In this document: one piece after another, positions 61,401 through 64,000 of the stretch
Numbering within the stretch: position 1 is the stretch's first letter
Layout: the number at the start of each line of letters is the position of its first letter
Assembly: GCA_011109175.1 (NCBI GenBank)
Contig: RDEW01000011.1
Span: forward strand, 1,012,088-1,076,087
Direction: 5' to 3'
DNA length: 64,000 nucleotides
Origin: Dicyema japonicum
Taxonomy: Eukaryota > Animalia > Dicyemida
Made by a program: the position numbers and the translations under genes
The notes under the pieces: model-generated
Database searches by the model: none
What the model was told of the DNA's origin: nothing
What the model saw: only the letters and a program-made list of their open reading frames with translations

Positions 61401-64000
61401 GGGTCGAGGATCTTCAAAAATCCAACTCTCTGTTACTCTGTAAACCCTCTTTTGCAATTCCTCAATTTTTCTCATATTTGTCCAAGATATGGACGGTCCC
61501 CTCGAGGTATGGTATATTTGAATGTTTTGTTGTATATCTCAGTTAATAGTTCAGAGATCTCGGTCGGTGTAGATTTGAGAAGTTCTGCATTTATGTTGTC
61601 AGAGCCAGCAGCTCTATTGTTGTTTAATTTGTCCAGGGCTTTTTTTGTTACCAGAATCGTTATCGAAATATTTAGATCTCGTGCTTTACCATCGAATTGT
61701 TTGATGTTTTCCCCGTGGTTTTGATTGAAGGCCAGCTGATAATGGCTGGATATGGCCGATAAAATTTAGTCTTTCCAAACTGATCATGTATTATTATTTT
61801 TGATGACTGCGTGTCTCTATGTAGTAGGTGAACAGCCTCGAACATCTGCGCTCCGTTTTTGAGCCTTTCTACTTTTTTAGCCATTCCAACAAGTTTATTT
61901 TCCTTTATTTCCCTCGTTCTTTTCTTTATTTTATACAGGGTTTGGTTCCCCATGATTCTTAGAGTGTGTTCCTTTACATGGTCCTGACAGGTTTTTGGAT
62001 AGTTCTTCGATCTCGTGGTCATAGTGTCCGTTGAAATGCTTCGATTTTACTCCAGCTGTTGAATGGGCCGCGCACTTTATTGCATTGTGGTGTATTGCCA
62101 CCGTTCCCCAGGCATTATTTCTTTATTCCACTTTCTGATCTTTTCTCTCAATGTATTTTGATAGCTTTCCCGAGTCGGTCCCGCCATGCAGAGTTGCTCC
62201 ACTGCGAACCTCCCTTCAGATATTCTCATGCCAGTCGCTTTGGAAACCCCAAAATATCGTTTGAAAAAGAAACGTGTCACAACCAATCTATGATCACTAT
62301 CTACTAGTGTCCCACTGTAGCTCCGAGAATCTGTTAGTAGTGTCTTGTAGGCTTGTTTGCAGATAATGTAATCTATTTGGTCATATATAAGCTTGATAGT
62401 CCCAGATTTGTCCTTTCGGTAGCAGCTCCATGTCGTCTTATGTCTTGCTGAGTGCCTGAAAGCAGTATTGCATAGAAATGGTTTGAATGTATTGCAAAAT
62501 TCGATAAGCGATTCTCCTGACTGGTTCCTGATCCCTCTTCCATGGCTTCCCATGAATTCCTCGTGACTACTCCCACGTCCTGCCTTTGCGTTCCAATCTC
62601 CGGCAATGTATATCATGAACGATGTTTCCAAAGATGCATTACTTGCGACAAGGAAGAATAAAAGTCGTCTAGTTTGTCGTCTCCATTGATTGATACTCTC
62701 ACTGAAGTTGGTGCATATACATTAATAATGGAGATTATGGAATTGTTCTTTTTACCGTATTTTAATTGTAAAACAGATATTCTATCACTCACCTTCCACG
62801 TCTTGTGGATTCGATTGTTCAGTTTTTTTTGTATTGCAAATCCCATGCCGTAGTGTGGGTAATTCGAAGGGTGCAGAATCAGGCGGAAATCATTGTCGAT
62901 TTCATCTAGTCCGCCTTTTACTTTCGTTTCCTGTAAGCACGCCACAGTTACATTGTAATTTCTTTTTTAAGTATCCGACTTTAATCCTCTTACATTGAAC
63001 GAGCTGATAGTGAAAGATCCCGAAGAAAAGCACGAAAAAGACATGTGTGCAATAGAGCCACGTCACCAGCTCAACCAAAAGGAATAAAAAAAGTAATAAA
63101 TTCAGTTCCAAATCGAAGTTTTCAGTATTTTTGGCAGAGATCCTACAAAGTGTTTCAGAAACTGAGGTGTTCCAGCCCCGAGGTCCATTCCAAATCGAGG
63201 TCGGACTGTTCAAACAAGTTAGAAGTGCTAATTCAGAGGAATAAAAGACAGAACGATTTATGATTTCATTAAATAAAACATAATTTTTTGATTTTAAATA
63301 ATTTGTTACATTTTTTATTATGATATATGAAGGCTGGTTAATGGTTGTTGTTGATGTTGATAAAAACCATCTAAATTCATCGGATTATGCAGACTTCTGC
63401 GCCGAATTGAGTAAAGAAAACCAAAATCGAACGGCCACCGAGCTTGTCCGACATGTTTCCGACGCGGATGCTTCTAGGATTCGTCCTCAGCAAAACAACA
63501 CGAAATTTCCGGTTCTACGAGCAATAATGTCTTCCTCAACAGCTGATTGTCGAAAACAATGGGCTACCTCAGTTATTGAAAGCACGCGCTCTAGACTGGG
63601 TCGTGTCCCCAGAGGTGGATGGGCTATTCTCTTGGAGGGGTTCAAGACTAAGTTTGGAGAGGAAATAACAATGCCTGAGTTCAGAAAACTGACATAGGTC
63701 CAGGAATGCAAACAATTATCACGCAATGAACTTGATTCGAAGGTTACCCCAGATTCTAAGCCTGATATGTCTTCACAGTCCATACATTCTAAATTTTACG
63801 ATCACTGCCGACGCACATTTATGGAACAATTGATAATTGCCGAGCAAATTGAACAAAGCTCGAGACCCCGAACCAAAAAGATTCCTTATGTCAAGATTGA
63901 CAATAACTTATTAGAGTGTTTGAACTGTGTCATTAGCCAATGGGTTAAAAAGAACTCTACAATTTCTATGGATCAAATTTCTACTCTTATTTATGCTGGT
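58468..64000 (-). repeat. Inverted duplication of 12861-18198 (LINE tail + CRE + RTE + Tigger end + R4-type element); runs off the window end
   Basis: 64000 pairs with 12861 and 58468 with 18198; ORF translations in the two blocks are nearly identical on opposite strands. Confidence 0.95.

Noticed and set aside
29876-61412. Repeats on both sides of single n or short N runs (30328, 43348-43382, 51651, 61212)
   Set aside because: Typical overlapping contig ends or haplotype bubbles joined by scaffolding.

Overview
AT-rich eukaryotic, very likely metazoan, genomic window. Six host genes are packed with about 48 tiny GT-AG introns of 20-29 nt: MVB12, UMP synthase, USO1/p115, a DRAM/TMEM150-family gene, an NWD-type NACHT-WD40 gene and a stathmin-like gene. 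The standard genetic code, metazoan gene set and ~23-nt introns suggest a highly derived animal such as a dicyemid (inference only). The genes are islands in a dense, nested set of mostly decayed transposons: CRE- and R4-type RLE retrotransposons, RTE-clade LINEs, compact single-ORF APE-RT LINEs, Tigger/pogo and hAT fragments. Highlights: (1) five APE-LINE copies carry a short leader ending in a virus-like 2A (StopGo) motif directly before the endonuclease, and one family has G-L instead of G-P; (2) related LINE 3' ends keep an RNA stem overlapping their last codons; (3) the 3' splice consensus is relaxed (many AAG/GAG acceptors), and UMPS needs two non-canonical acceptors and has a degenerate OPRT active site; (4) a >5.3-kb composite TE block is present as an inverted duplication with circularly permuted neighbours; (5) a diverged ~310-bp inverted repeat pair brackets the DRAM gene. 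Several short exact tandem duplications and n-joined repeats are probably assembly artefacts. All gene models were assembled by eye.
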